NCBI GenBank assembly: GCA_964549615.1
Contig: CAZJVP010000101.1
Coordinates: forward strand, 36,168 to 100,167
Origin: an uncultured Thermococci archaeon
GTDB taxonomy: Archaea > CAYQAE01 > CAYVLA01
Reading direction: 5' to 3'
Length of the DNA: 64,000 nucleotides
Shown here: positions 1 to 10,228 of the stretch, piece after piece
Layout of the letters: the number at the start of each line of letters is the position of its first letter
Position numbering within the stretch: the first letter of the stretch is position 1
The notes under the pieces: generated by a model
Database searches by the model: none
Told to the model about the DNA's origin: nothing
The model's input: only the letters and a program-made list of their open reading frames with translations
Position numbers and translations under genes: made by a program

Positions 1-2030
1 GCGCAGTCCAACCCTGCGACGGGATCCAAGCGCCACACCACAGCGCCGGGAAAGCTCAACACGCCGCACTCCGCCAAGAACCTCTGTTCCTCTAGATTCC
101 CAGCCACCCCATAGTCCAGCGTCCCCGCAGCCACCGCCAACATCGTCGAGTTAGGTGCCCATGACAGGCATCCAGGCAATGAAAGATGGGAGTGGCGAAG
201 CACAAGCACCGCAAGCCCCTCACCCAACTCAGATTGGCGAAGCACAGACCTCTCCCACAGCTCAGATTGGCGAAGCACAAGCCCCCCACCCAACTCAGAT
301 GCGCTAGGAAGTCCGCCCCCCATATCAACCTCCCAAACCACAACCCTGGCCAACCCGCCGATCTTCGCAATCATATCCCAAACATTGCACAAACCAGCAG
401 GAATCTCTTTATCAGTTTCCCGGTCAAATTCACTCAGACAGGCCAACTTCGAGCCATCATGCGACCAGGCCACAGACAGCACATTCCTCCAAGCCGGCAA
501 AGAAACAAGGAGAAGGGGCCTCCACGGATCCCAGATCTGGACACATGAAGGAAGCCCCACCGCCAAATAAGATCCTTCAGGAGACCAGGCCAGGCAAGCA
601 ACATCCTCTCCTACTGCATGACTTGACAGCGGCCCTCCCCCAACGTTGAGGACATCCCATATCTCAACCCCGCCTAGACCTGCAACTGCGAGGATGCTCG
701 GTTCCGGGCTCCACTGCAGCAGGCTTGCACGCTCAATCCTGGGATATATCCTGTTCACCAAGCTGCCGAACCCTGCGTCCCATATCGACACCTCTCCCCC
801 CTCCGTGCACGTTGCGATCATCCTGGCGTCCGGGGATACGACAGCATGCTTAAAACGGTTCAACCCATCCAGATCAATCCGGAACTTCTCAGAACCACCC
901 CGCGTAAAAACCCGGACCGGCTCGCCCCACCCCTCATGCGTTGCAATGATCAGGTCCCCGTCGGGATACCAGTAGACCGTTTTCACAGCCGAACACCAGC
1001 CCTGAAATCTTCGAATGAGACTCAGCGATCCCGACCCTAAGTCAACCTGCCACAGTTTCACGGTTTGATCCTTGGAACCGGAAACCAGGCGGGATCCGCG
1101 CCACGACAAGGATGAGACGGGAAGAGAATGGGCCGAGATATCCGTGACGACCTCTCGACTTTCGATTCCCCATATCAGGATTCTGCCATCAGAACTGCCC
1201 AGGGCCAGGAAATCTCCACCGGGCGACCAGGCCAGGCTCGTCCCAACAACATCCACAGCACTTAAGGCAATCAGGCTACCGTTGCTGGCGCTGCAAATCC
1301 TCAGCAAGCCATTCGCGGCCGTGGCGATGGCGGTTCCATCAGGCGAGAAGGCTGCCAGCTCTCCGGGAAGCTTGTATACCACTTTTCCTGTGGAGGCGTC
1401 GAAGACCTGCGTGTCCCCACTGCCGCTTGCAAGAATCCTCTTGCCGTCGGCCGACCAATCAACGGTCCCGCCATCGGCGACGCAGAACTGGCCGCCGGTC
1501 TTCGAGAAGCATGCGATATGAGTCCGGTTTGCGATATCGAAGAGGTGTACGCGGCCAGCGCACCAGCCCAACGCTATCATGGAGCCGTCCGGCGACCACC
1601 TTACCGGCCAAGGATCTATGCCCCAGTACGTTCGAGAGTATGGATAGGCGCCATAGTCGTAGTCAAGTTCAGCAACTGTCAAGAGGTCTGGTACGCGGAC
1701 GAGTCTGACCTTGCCCAGAGCATTGACAACCACGATCATGGATCCGTTTGGCGACCAGGCAAAGCCGGAGAAAGGTAGGCCCTCGGAGCCGGGGAGAAAC
1801 GAGGCAAGGCTGCCGTCCAGATGCCATAGGTGCAGCGCTGAATCACTGCAGGTGGCCAAGAAAGGGCCCTGAGGGTCCAGCTCTGCTTTCTGCAGCCAGC
1901 CCAGACCTATGACGATCTCCGGGGCGACGATCTCAGGGGCGGCATATGCGAGAGTGACCTGCATCTCGCGGCCGCTGGAGATGATGAATAGGAAAATCGC
2001 CGCAAGAAGGACCAGACCCATCCGGTGCAT
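1..2030 (-). CDS. Secreted WD40-repeat beta-propeller protein, 3' end runs off the window start
   Basis: Missing from the ORF track because it has no stop in the window. Hand translation from ATG at 2030: MHRMGLVLLAAIFLFIISSG (signal peptide), then repeated WD40 strands (FAWSPNGS, VRWSPDGS, LAWSPGGDFLALGSSDGRILIW, LVSGSKDQTVKLW, LAWSPEGSYLAVG). Frame stays open to position 1. Confidence 0.88.
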   Translation of the reverse strand, partial: MHRMGLVLLAAIFLFIISSGREMQVTLAYAAPEIVAPEIVIGLGWLQKAELDPQGPFLATCSDSALHLWHLDGSLASFLPGSEGLPFSGFAWSPNGSMIVVVNALGKVRLVRVPDLLTVAELDYDYGAYPYSRTYWGIDPWPVRWSPDGSMIALGWCAGRVHLFDIANRTHIACFSKTGGQFCVADGGTVDWSADGKRILASGSGDTQVFDASTGKVVYKLPGELAAFSPDGTAIATAANGLLRICSASNGSLIALSAVDVVGTSLAWSPGGDFLALGSSDGRILIWGIESREVVTDISAHSLPVSSLSWRGSRLVSGSKDQTVKLWQVDLGSGSLSLIRRFQGWCSAVKTVYWYPDGDLIIATHEGWGEPVRVFTRGGSEKFRIDLDGLNRFKHAVVSPDARMIATCTEGGEVSIWDAGFGSLVNRIYPRIERASLLQWSPEPSILAVAGLGGVEIWDVLNVGGGPLSSHAVGEDVACLAWSPEGSYLAVGLPSCVQIWDPWRPLLLVSLPAWRNVLSVAWSHDGSKLACLSEFDRETDKEIPAGLCNVWDMIAKIGGLARVVVWEVDMGGGLPSASELGGGLVLRQSELWERSVLRQSELGEGLAVLVLRHSHLSLPGCLSWAPNSTMLAVAAGTLDYGVAGNLEEQRFLAECGVLSFPGAVVWRLDPVAGLDC
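195..300. repeat. Imperfect 33-bp tandem repeat (about 3 units) inside the WD40 gene
   Basis: CTCAGAT(TGGCGAAGCACA) begins at 228, 261 and 294. Encodes SELGGGLVLRQ / SELWERSVLRQ / SELGEGLAVLVLRH on the minus strand. Confidence 0.8.
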
Positions 2031-2083
2031 GCGATCTCAACCCTTTGTCGTTTGGTTACCACGTAGAGGAGCAGTAGGTTTGT

Positions 2084-2767
2084 TCAATACTCAATCCAGC
2101 AGTAAGCCCACTCGACATATGGGGGATTGCCCCACGAACTCCCTTGCGCGATGGCGTTGGAGTTACTCTGTGACACCCACTTGAACTTCATCCAGATTCT
2201 GTAAGAGTGCTCAGCTATCGAATCAAAGGTTCCGTATCCAGTGACTTGACCCACGTTCCAGATGCCGCCAGGATTGTCCCATCGATAGTAACCTGAGCCA
2301 ACCTGCCCTCCGGTGGTCAGATCGGTCACTATGAGATATACGATGAAACACTGCACAGACCCTGACTCCTCGTACGAGGTGCTGTTGTCAAGGTCGAATG
2401 TGATCTCGAAGTCAACCGATGTGCTGTGATACATCGTGAAATCCCTCCACATAGCAACATCCGCCCACGCTGAATCCCAGACCGCGTCCTTACTCTTCGC
2501 CCCGGCGTAAATCTCAGCCTTCTTGGAACTGGTTTCCTTGGAGTCGTGCCAGATCTCACCCGGGTCCTGGCTGTAGGTGCCTCCGTCGTCAACGCTCATA
2601 TCTGTCGGGTAGTACCATGTCGTTCGACCTGACGGGAAGATAGGCATTTCGAATGGCTTATCGCTCCATGTGATCGTCAACCGCGTCTCTGTTCTTTCTG
2701 CTGGGACTGTCGCTGCCAGTAATACGAGGGCAATGCACCCTGACACAATCGGGAGAAATTCTTTCAT
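2084..2767 (-). CDS. Secreted hypothetical protein, beta-rich and aromatic-rich
   Basis: GGAGGTG SD precedes ATG at 2767. MKEFLPIVSGCIALVLLAATVPA signal peptide. The ORF-track extension to 3061 looks spurious. Confidence 0.7.
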   Translation of the reverse strand: MKEFLPIVSGCIALVLLAATVPAERTETRLTITWSDKPFEMPIFPSGRTTWYYPTDMSVDDGGTYSQDPGEIWHDSKETSSKKAEIYAGAKSKDAVWDSAWADVAMWRDFTMYHSTSVDFEITFDLDNSTSYEESGSVQCFIVYLIVTDLTTGGQVGSGYYRWDNPGGIWNVGQVTGYGTFDSIAEHSYRIWMKFKWVSQSNSNAIAQGSSWGNPPYVEWAYCWIEY

Positions 2768-3229
2768 GTTCTCACCTCCTGTTTGGTGGATATTCATACT
2801 CTCCCTCCCCCAGTGTGGCGGAGGACTCGATCTTGTGGACGTTCCCAGGATGAGTATTTGTACGCTACCGCTGGATAAAATGACTAGGTACGGTGAACGC
2901 CGTCTGTCTGCGTGCGATCGCGACCCTAATCGGACAAGAAGCCTCTCAAATCCAAAGCTTCGGAAATCCATAGGACTACGCGTATCTGGGGGGATGGCTG
3001 AACATCCATGCCAAGACCCTCGGGAGCACACTATCGACCTCTTCCACATACACCTAGCCAACGAAGGCCGTACAGGCGATCCCTACGACAGGCACTTGGG
3101 CAATGGAAACGAAGAGACCTAGGGGAAATCCACAAGCAATGGCGAGACCTGAGAATACGTGGCACTCCATTCCGTATAGCGAGACTGTGCCACAGAAGTG
3201 CGGCTGGCCGTCACGGCCCGTCGTTTGTT

Positions 3230-3928
3230 TCAGGGATCTGCGAGCCAGAAGCTCTCGCCGATACTTCCCGGGCTCGTTTCAACCGTAATACCTACCCGGC
3301 TGGTGCCCATTTTCGTCAACTCGAGCTGTGCGGTCCGCAATCTGCTACTCAGCGTAAGCAGCTGGCTTTTCAGCGTTGCAAGCTCTGAATCTTTCTCTAG
3401 CAAGGTCATGTTGGCTTGGCCAAGCAAATCCTGAACACTCATCAAAGCCTCAGAGGTTGTGGAAAGTCTCTGCTCTGCTTGGAGAAGGCTCTCCGTTGCG
3501 GTCGCCAGTCGCCCGCGGAGGTCCAACAGTTCGGCGTCCTTTCCCAGGATATCTGTTCTAAGAGACCTACATGTCTGTGCCCCCAAGTAGGCCGCGGTCA
3601 ACGCGATGAAGAAACCAACACCTAGGACACCCGACAGGGTCCAAGGCAACCTCCACCCCGCTCGGTACCTCCTAGACGGAGGCCTTGGCGGTTCTCGACC
3701 CTCTTTCCCCATGAGTGAGTACGATGTTGATGGAGGCCAACCGGGTATCACGCTCTTTGTAATGGCTCCGGCCTGGACCAGCCTTTTGAGGCGCCTTGAC
3801 AGCTTCGGTCTGGTCACCTTCAACCCATTCATCTTTAGGGCTTCCAGAATCTCGTTGAAACCCATCTTGGTCCCTTCGCGCAGGATACGAAGGATGGCTA
3901 ACTCCAACTGGTCATATTCGACAGGCAT
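3230..3928 (-). CDS. Membrane-tethered winged-helix (HxlR/ArsR-like) regulator with TM helix and coiled coil
   Basis: N-terminal LAILRILREGTKMGFNEILEAL..TRPKLSRRLKRLVQAGAITKSV..STSYSL wHTH; TM LSGVLGVGFFIALTAAYL; heptad coiled coil. TTTTTA box about 30 nt upstream. Confidence 0.72.
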   Translation of the reverse strand: MPVEYDQLELAILRILREGTKMGFNEILEALKMNGLKVTRPKLSRRLKRLVQAGAITKSVIPGWPPSTSYSLMGKEGREPPRPPSRRYRAGWRLPWTLSGVLGVGFFIALTAAYLGAQTCRSLRTDILGKDAELLDLRGRLATATESLLQAEQRLSTTSEALMSVQDLLGQANMTLLEKDSELATLKSQLLTLSSRLRTAQLELTKMGTSRVGITVETSPGSIGESFWLADP

Positions 3929-4849
3929 GGAGACCTATACGTTCTGGTCACTAATAAAAACTAGGTACGATGCCAATCATCTCATGTAGGGCCTCTTTCG
4001 GACGCTCTGGATCTCACACACCCATCCTTACGAATGCAGACAGGAGCATTGGCTCGACCAAGGAGGGTTTGACTGGATAGCAGATGCTGGAGGGCTAAGG
4101 TCTCTCGGCTTATGCTGACGCTCCCTCCAGGTCTGGAACTCGCCTTGCGATGTCTCTTCCACGCTTTCGGAGCAAGTGTTCCCAGAGGCGCATCCCTTGC
4201 GTGAGCGAACGCTCGGGAGTACATCCCTTGCCCCGCTACTGAAGAAGTAGCTTTGCAAAGAGGCCGCGTATTGTCGTCCGGGTCCTCAAGCGATGGAACG
4301 CAGGATGGCCTTGGATCAGAAGAAATCGAAAAAACGAAAAGAGCATCGAGGACCCAACTGGGTATGTATTCGCTCGCTACAGGCAGTAGGTTCCACCGTG
4401 CCCACATTATTTGCTATCCGAAACCGCTGATCTTTGCAGTGGCGCGAACCACATTGTTCTGTGCCTTCTGCCGCCAAAGACAGAGGAGAACCGAGGCCGT
4501 GGTAAGAGGTACCTTCACCTCTTGGAAGACCCCGATGTGGGCAGGCGGAAACCGAGATTCTGCAAACCTTTAGGGGCATGGAGGTTGACTTGGAGCATAT
4601 CAAGCTTCGGCACAGTGTGGAGCAGGTTCGCCAAGAAGACCTCTTACCTTCGGAAACCCGGAACCTTGAGCAGGCTCCCGAGGAGTTGTCCCACGCTGCC
4701 GGCCCTTATCAGTGCAGCCGCCGTAAGAACCAACCCCCTTGCGGAAACAAGGAGTCTGAGCCAGCAGCAGGGAGCTGGTATCTGAGATCACGACCCGCTT
4801 GACCTTGGGCTGTGACGAGGACGCGAGTTGCAGTGTGGCCCTGGAGAAA

Positions 4850-5185
4850 CTAGGAGCCACGGACCTTCGCTATTTCACTTTTCAGGCGTGGGATGTCCTC
4901 CTCAACGATCTTCCAGATTCTCTCCAGGTTCACGCCGAAATAGGCGTGGATGAGGACATCTCTCATCCCGGCGATCTTTTTCCATGGGATCTCGGGATAC
5001 CTGTTCTTGAACTCGTCCGGAATGTTCTTCGCAGCCTCGCCCATTATCTCCAATCGCCTGAGGACGGCGTCTTGAACCTGGGTATTGCTGAAGAAATCAT
5101 CCCTTGAAACTCCCTTGGTGTATTCCTCGATCTTGGAGATACTCTCCTGGATGTCCTCGATGTATACTTTCACGTCCCTCTTCAC
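4850..5185 (-). CDS. HepT-like HEPN ribonuclease toxin (DUF86)
   Basis: [40 protein letters not shown] with RX4HXY motif; 4-nt overlap with the upstream MNT gene. Confidence 0.93.
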   Translation of the reverse strand: MKRDVKVYIEDIQESISKIEEYTKGVSRDDFFSNTQVQDAVLRRLEIMGEAAKNIPDEFKNRYPEIPWKKIAGMRDVLIHAYFGVNLERIWKIVEEDIPRLKSEIAKVRGS

Positions 5186-5469
5186 AGGATTTCCACCTGC
5201 TCGGCCAGTATTCTCTCCCTGAGAAGGGGCTTGATCGTGCTATACTCAACCAGGTCGACCTCCCGCCCCAAAGCTTGCTCTATCTCCAGCTTGAGCCCGA
5301 TGAAGTCGAGCAGGCTCATGTCGCTCTCGATATCCACCAGGATGTCGATGTCGCTGTCTTCCCTTGCCTCCCCCCTGACCACGGAGCCGAATATCCCCGC
5401 CCTCTTGACCCGATTGCGGCGAAGGATTGGGAGAATCTTCTGTCTTATCTCCTCTACTTGCCCCTCCAT
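5182..5469 (-). CDS. MntA-like minimal nucleotidyltransferase antitoxin
   Basis: [22 protein letters not shown] (GS..DxD motif). Likely start MEGQVEE at 5469. Confidence 0.92.
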   Translation of the reverse strand: MEGQVEEIRQKILPILRRNRVKRAGIFGSVVRGEAREDSDIDILVDIESDMSLLDFIGLKLEIEQALGREVDLVEYSTIKPLLRERILAEQVEIL

Positions 5470-6257
5470 TTCGATCAATCTTCCATGCTGGTTGTGGTAG
5501 AAAACGCTTTTGCACCTTTCACCCTTCGACGATTCCATGTCCCCATCTCCTAAGCGGAAAGTCCGCCAGAGACCCATCCGTCCCTGCTCGGCCCGCCAGA
5601 GCGACGCATTCTGGACATGGCTGGCCAACCCCCGGGAGCGACCGCAGAATGCTGTGGATAGGAAGAGTCTCTTGGTCTTGGCGCCTAAGGGTCTAACCCT
5701 AACTCCTTGTGGTTCCCCATTCCTGAGAATCCAGGAGCGGAATTTCTTTTTGTGCGGTGTGTGCTGTTTCGATGTGCCTTTTGCCTGATGGGCTTAACGA
5801 TGCCTCGGCGTGGGCCCGTAGGTTTCCTCTCAACAGTCGGGAGATCGTCTCTCCAATACGCATGCAATCTCCTTATCCTAACCTCCGTATCCAGTGCAGA
5901 AGGTCAGATCCCGGATGGTCCCGATGAATGACATGTCGCGGCGCAGGTCAAACAAACCAAAATCGAATCATGGCCACGCCAGATACGAATTCGCTCCCTG
6001 CGGGGGCCGCGCCGCGCCGGGCCCGCCATCTCTCGTTGGCTTCATCGGCCGGAATACTACTTCACAGGACCGAAGAAGGCAGACTAGGTCATGATAGGAG
6101 CTCCCTGGTGAATGTCTTCTTGCCAATCCCTAGGTGGGAGCAAGATCTTCCGGTCGGCAGCGTTCCACGAGGTTGAACGGCTGCGCCGGCCACAAGTTGA
6201 ACCGTTCCATGTTATCTATTAGTATCGTTTCGTGGCATGTAACGGCGAGGCAGCGAG

Positions 6258-7298
6258 ATGAAGCACCTTGTGGGAACATGGATCTGCCTGATATTAGGAC
6301 TGGTCGTCCCCGCCGCACTCTGCCTGCCGCCGGCCGAGGACGTGAACAAGATAGCCCTTGAGTACGTCCGTTCCTCCCAAAACTACCTGGATAACGGGGG
6401 CTTTGGCGAGATCGTGACCGCGACGAGGCTCGGGGAGAAGGTCTGCGTGGTCGTTGTGGAGTACCAGACCAGGCACGTCGGGATGCTCCAGGTCATTGGG
6501 CGGTTCGCCAGTTACATAACCATAGACTCGACCACGCTGCAGGTGGTAGAGGCAACTACCGAGGACATCACCGGCCGGGGCGATGAGCCGGGCTCCGGGT
6601 CGACTGAGCCGGGGAACGTCAGCGGCGACGAGCCGGTCCTCATCTCCCCGGGCGAGGAGGAATCCTACCGCTATAAGATATCCTACACGATCAACGAGAC
6701 GAGGGAGATGATCGCCAAGCAAGGGATGGAAGAAAACCTGTCGGATGTCCTGGCTCTGCTGGACCGGGCCCAAGCCCTGCTCGACGGCGGGGAATACGAC
6801 GAGGCCTTGCAGGTGGTGTTGGATGCGAGGGCGATTGCGGAGGAGTTCATCTACGGCACCCCGGTCGATGAGCCTGGCGAAGAGCCTGGGAGCCCTAGCG
6901 AGGCGGAGATGCCGTGGCTGTACGGATACATCGTGGTCTTCGATCACGAGCCGACAGGAGACGATTGGGAGAGGCTGAGACAGATGTTCAATGCAACCTT
7001 GATCGCCAAGGCAAGCGTCAGCGTCGATGAGAATTACTCCTACTGGGTAAGGGTTTCCGGGGTTTCACCGGACGAGCTCAGGAAGGTGGAGGGCATCAAG
7101 GATGTGCTGGCGTTAAGGGGAGATCTGATCAACCCAGCGGAGGGCCACACGGATGTCCCCGAGCTTCCCGTGCCGGCGTCGGTCATGGCCGGAGCTTTGA
7201 CGATCATGGGATTTCGCAGGCGCTGGGCCGTCCGGTCTCTTAGAGGCCCTGCCGCCTCCCCGGCCTCCGCAGTTGGAGTTGGTCAAAAAGAATTATAA
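6258..7298 (+). CDS. Acidic secreted surface protein with C-terminal VPE-TM-RRR sorting-like signal
   Basis: Signal peptide MKHLVGTWICLILGLVVPAALC; acidic P/G/E linkers; helical module LLDRAQALLDGGEYDEA; ends DVPELPVPASVMAGALTIMGFRRRW. Confidence 0.75.
   Translation: MKHLVGTWICLILGLVVPAALCLPPAEDVNKIALEYVRSSQNYLDNGGFGEIVTATRLGEKVCVVVVEYQTRHVGMLQVIGRFASYITIDSTTLQVVEATTEDITGRGDEPGSGSTEPGNVSGDEPVLISPGEEESYRYKISYTINETREMIAKQGMEENLSDVLALLDRAQALLDGGEYDEALQVVLDARAIAEEFIYGTPVDEPGEEPGSPSEAEMPWLYGYIVVFDHEPTGDDWERLRQMFNATLIAKASVSVDENYSYWVRVSGVSPDELRKVEGIKDVLALRGDLINPAEGHTDVPELPVPASVMAGALTIMGFRRRWAVRSLRGPAASPASAVGVGQKEL
7287..7298 (+). promoter_or_regulatory. BRE/TATA-like promoter of the 7323 gene
   Basis: Purine run followed by TTATAA (7293-7298), 30 nt before ATG 7323. 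Confidence 0.55.
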
Positions 7299-7322
7299 CG
7301 ACCGCCGAGGCCGGTTAGGTCG

Positions 7323-8522
7323 ATGAGCCGAAGGTTCGAGGCGTCCCTCCTTTTGATTTTGTTGGCGATGCTGACACTTCGACCCGGCTTAGGCAGGCAA
7401 GCCGCCACCGATCCGGACAGCGGGCGCATCCGGGTGATCTACTTCGGCGACTCATGGGGGGTGTTAAGCCCCTACCAGTACCTCGTCCGCGACCCGATGC
7501 TTGCGGTGACGCCGGTGCCGGCGTCCTCAACCCACCTCGGAGGCGTGCCTAATGCCTCCCGGTACATAAGGCTACACATGCCTAGGACGTTCGAGCTTCT
7601 GACATCTAGGTTCGACGTCATCATCCTGAGCGACACCGTCAAGGCCTACTACACCCCGACGCAGCTGAACTGGTTCAGGGACGCGGTGAAGGATCGCGGC
7701 CGGGGTCTGCTGATGGTGGGCGGAAGGGAGGTGCAGACGGGTGAATGGTGGGCCAACCCTGTCGAGGAAGCCCTGCCGGTGGACTGGGTTCCGGGACAGA
7801 CCTACGAGAAGCTCTTCAGGGCCTACCCAACGGACCTTGATAGCGCGTTCCTCAAGTCGCTGCCGTGGGACAGCCTGCCGCCCTACCTTGGCATGAACCT
7901 TGCCAAGCTTAAGTCCGGGGCAAGCCTCCTTTTGCGATCCGACGTGCAGGACTACCCGGTCTTGGCTTTCTGGGAGTATGGAAGCGGTGCCGGCGTGGCC
8001 CACACCCCGGACTGGACCCCTGCTTGGGGTGGGCAGATCTGGCAGTGGGAGTTCTACGGCGATTTCGTGGCAAACCTCATGTATCTCGCTTCCGGCGCAG
8101 AGATCCCGGCGGATCCTTTGATGATGCGGGACATCAGGGAGGAGTTCTACCGCTTCGACATACAGCGCGGGATAATTACAGGGATGCTGGAGTTCGTCGA
8201 GAAGTTTGGGGCAAACGTCGGCCCCCTCGAGGACAAGCTCTTGGAGATCGACGCCGCGAAACAGGAAGCGACGCGCCTCTACGTGAAACAGGAGTACGGA
8301 CAGGTTCTGGAAACGATGAGGGCCGCCAGAGCCGAGCTTGACGGCGTTCTCGACCTTGCGCTTATGACCAAGGACAGAGCCCTGCTCTGGATCTACATCT
8401 CGGAGGCGATGGCCGTGACCGGCACTTCCTTGGTCTGCGGCATCGCGATATGGCTTCTCATGGTCAGGCGTAGGCTCTACAAAGCCGTGGGGACTACCCG
8501 TATGCTCGGCCGGGCCAGTTGA
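7323..8522 (+). CDS. Membrane-anchored GATase-like (DUF1355-like) protein, paralogue 1 of 5
   Basis: Signal peptide, GRIRVIYFGD, RLHMPRT, FDVIILSD, GRGLLMVGG, PVLAFWEYGSG, FGAN stalk, KDRALLWIY..E..TM..LMVRRRLY tail. Confidence 0.8.
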   Translation: MSRRFEASLLLILLAMLTLRPGLGRQAATDPDSGRIRVIYFGDSWGVLSPYQYLVRDPMLAVTPVPASSTHLGGVPNASRYIRLHMPRTFELLTSRFDVIILSDTVKAYYTPTQLNWFRDAVKDRGRGLLMVGGREVQTGEWWANPVEEALPVDWVPGQTYEKLFRAYPTDLDSAFLKSLPWDSLPPYLGMNLAKLKSGASLLLRSDVQDYPVLAFWEYGSGAGVAHTPDWTPAWGGQIWQWEFYGDFVANLMYLASGAEIPADPLMMRDIREEFYRFDIQRGIITGMLEFVEKFGANVGPLEDKLLEIDAAKQEATRLYVKQEYGQVLETMRAARAELDGVLDLALMTKDRALLWIYISEAMAVTGTSLVCGIAIWLLMVRRRLYKAVGTTRMLGRAS

Positions 8523-9174
8523 GCGCGGTCCAGACGGCGCTTTTGCCTCCGGTTCATGCGCCGGATAAGTGTCCTGAACCCGGCGGAGGCCTCGGTTGGA
8601 GTCGGGTGGGAAAGCCATCGACCCTGCCTTTCGCGTGGGGACGTCAGGGTGCATTGGGCCTGCCCTGCGGCCAGCGGGCCGAGCGCTCAGGTCACGCACT
8701 CCCGTGCATCTACCTCTTGGTCTTCAGGTTGGATATCGCCACGGGCCCAGCGACAAGCAAAGGCAGGCAGGCCGCAGGCACGCGGGCGCATGGGTCAAGG
8801 GATATCACGGACCATGATCCCTTCAAATCTTCTAGGGAGTCCATCGGCGCTCCGGCCACGACCGGCGGTAGAGCACCATGTACCCCGTTCGCTTGCCGGA
8901 GGAACGACGTCCACGTGCAGAAGGCGGATGTCCCCCACAGCCCTGCCTGCTGATGCCACGCCGATCAGGGTCGTCCCAACCGCTGCAAGCACGAAGCTGG
9001 CGGGCTGTGGCGGGGCATCACCATGTAGATGAGGGTCGGCGGAATCATGAGGTAGATCGTGGTGAGCGCCACGGACTTGCTGCTCGCCCGGTCAGCCGTC
9101 CATCCCCAAAGGTATGCGGAGAGCAGCCCAGCCTTTCGACGCGTCGGCGTTCGATCTTGGCCAGATGGCGCTGG

Positions 9175-9420
9175 TCAATCCCATCTTTCCGGATACAGAG
9201 TCCTATAGCCCGGGAGAAGGATGCTTGCGACGAATCCAAGCTCGCCGATGTGCTGACAGATCCTGTCGGCCCATATGCGCTTCCTCTCCGGGTTGCCGTT
9301 GGCGGCAACATCGAGCACGTAGGTTCTGTGTCTGGGGGACTCGCCCGCTATCCTTCCGTAGCCTTGCAGGGCGCTCCTGACATGCGGGCCCATTTCGCGG
9401 ACCTCGACGATGATTCTCAA
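9175..9420 (-). CDS. Small hypothetical protein
   Basis: 81-aa ORF with protein-like alpha/beta composition, co-oriented 37 nt downstream of the nitroreductase. Confidence 0.35.
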   Translation of the reverse strand: MRIIVEVREMGPHVRSALQGYGRIAGESPRHRTYVLDVAANGNPERKRIWADRICQHIGELGFVASILLPGYRTLYPERWD

Positions 9421-9457
9421 GCCAACCGCCGACCCTGAGAAATCGATCTGGCGGGGA

Positions 9458-9952
9458 TCATTTGACCGTCTCGAAGCTTACGACCTGATCAAAAGGCCTG
9501 CGCTCCGGGGCATCCGGCTTCTCCGCGGCATACCCGACCGATATGACCGCGACCGGCTTCCAGCCATCCGGGGCCTTCAAAAGCCGGCAGATTGCCTCGT
9601 CGTCGAAGGATCCGTTCCAGCAGGTCGCTAGGCCCTCCTCGTGCGCGGTCAGGAGCATGTTCTGTATGGCGGCGGCCGTCTCTTGGATCGAGTATAGCTC
9701 CGCGTCGCGCCTGCTCGCCCCCTTCAGGTCGGCGAAGACCACGATGTTGACCGGCGCCTGCGCGATGTGGCGCTGACTGGAGATCGCCCTCTTGGTGTCC
9801 CCATTCCTTACCACCACGAATCTCCACCTCTCATTTGCGCAAGGGGCCCAAAGCCCTGCGTCGATGATTCGCTTGATCTTCTCGTCCTCGACCGGGGCAT
9901 CCCTGTATTTCCTCACGGATCTCCTGTTCCTTATAGCATCCTGCAGCTCCAT
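9458..9952 (-). CDS. Nitroreductase family protein
   Basis: MELQDAIRNRRSVRKY, WAP..WRFVVV, AAAIQNMLLTAHEEGLATCW, ISVGY. Confidence 0.92.
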   Translation of the reverse strand: MELQDAIRNRRSVRKYRDAPVEDEKIKRIIDAGLWAPCANERWRFVVVRNGDTKRAISSQRHIAQAPVNIVVFADLKGASRRDAELYSIQETAAAIQNMLLTAHEEGLATCWNGSFDDEAICRLLKAPDGWKPVAVISVGYAAEKPDAPERRPFDQVVSFETVK

Positions 9953-10228
9953 CCCTTCACGCCTCCGAAGCTCGTGCGTTATGGCCTCCTCGTCGGGTGT
10001 AGATCTCGCCGTCACACGGTCGTCGTTGCGGCACGCAACCTATCGTTTCCGTCTCTTAAAACTGATTGCGGAGGGGCTCGCCTTATCGGGCCGGTCCTAG
10101 CGCCTAGGCTTGAGCTCACCTTGCAAAAGCAGTTCATCGCGCAACACGGATTCCTACCTCTCACTCCTTGGGGACGGGCAATTCCTGGGTCGAGGAAGAT
10201 TTAAGATGCCGCTGACGACTGGCTTAAC

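Noticed and set aside
186-548. Repetitive basic ORF (QLRLAKH) and the 33-bp repeats as a mini-CRISPR
   Set aside because: The period is a multiple of 3, there are no unique spacers of CRISPR length and no cas genes; it is the antisense of the WD40 gene.
2768-3232. Selenocysteine or other readthrough of the TGA ending the wHTH-TM gene
   Set aside because: Further in-frame TAG stops follow and I recognised no SECIS-like element.
4850-5469. MNT-HEPN pair as a novel defence system
   Set aside because: A canonical toxin-antitoxin module widespread in archaea, with no other defence genes nearby.
7572-8699. Long antisense ORFs (also 12715-13716, 37430-38722, 53483-54853 and others)
   Set aside because: Shadow ORFs opposite well-supported genes, expected in GC-rich DNA; no motifs.
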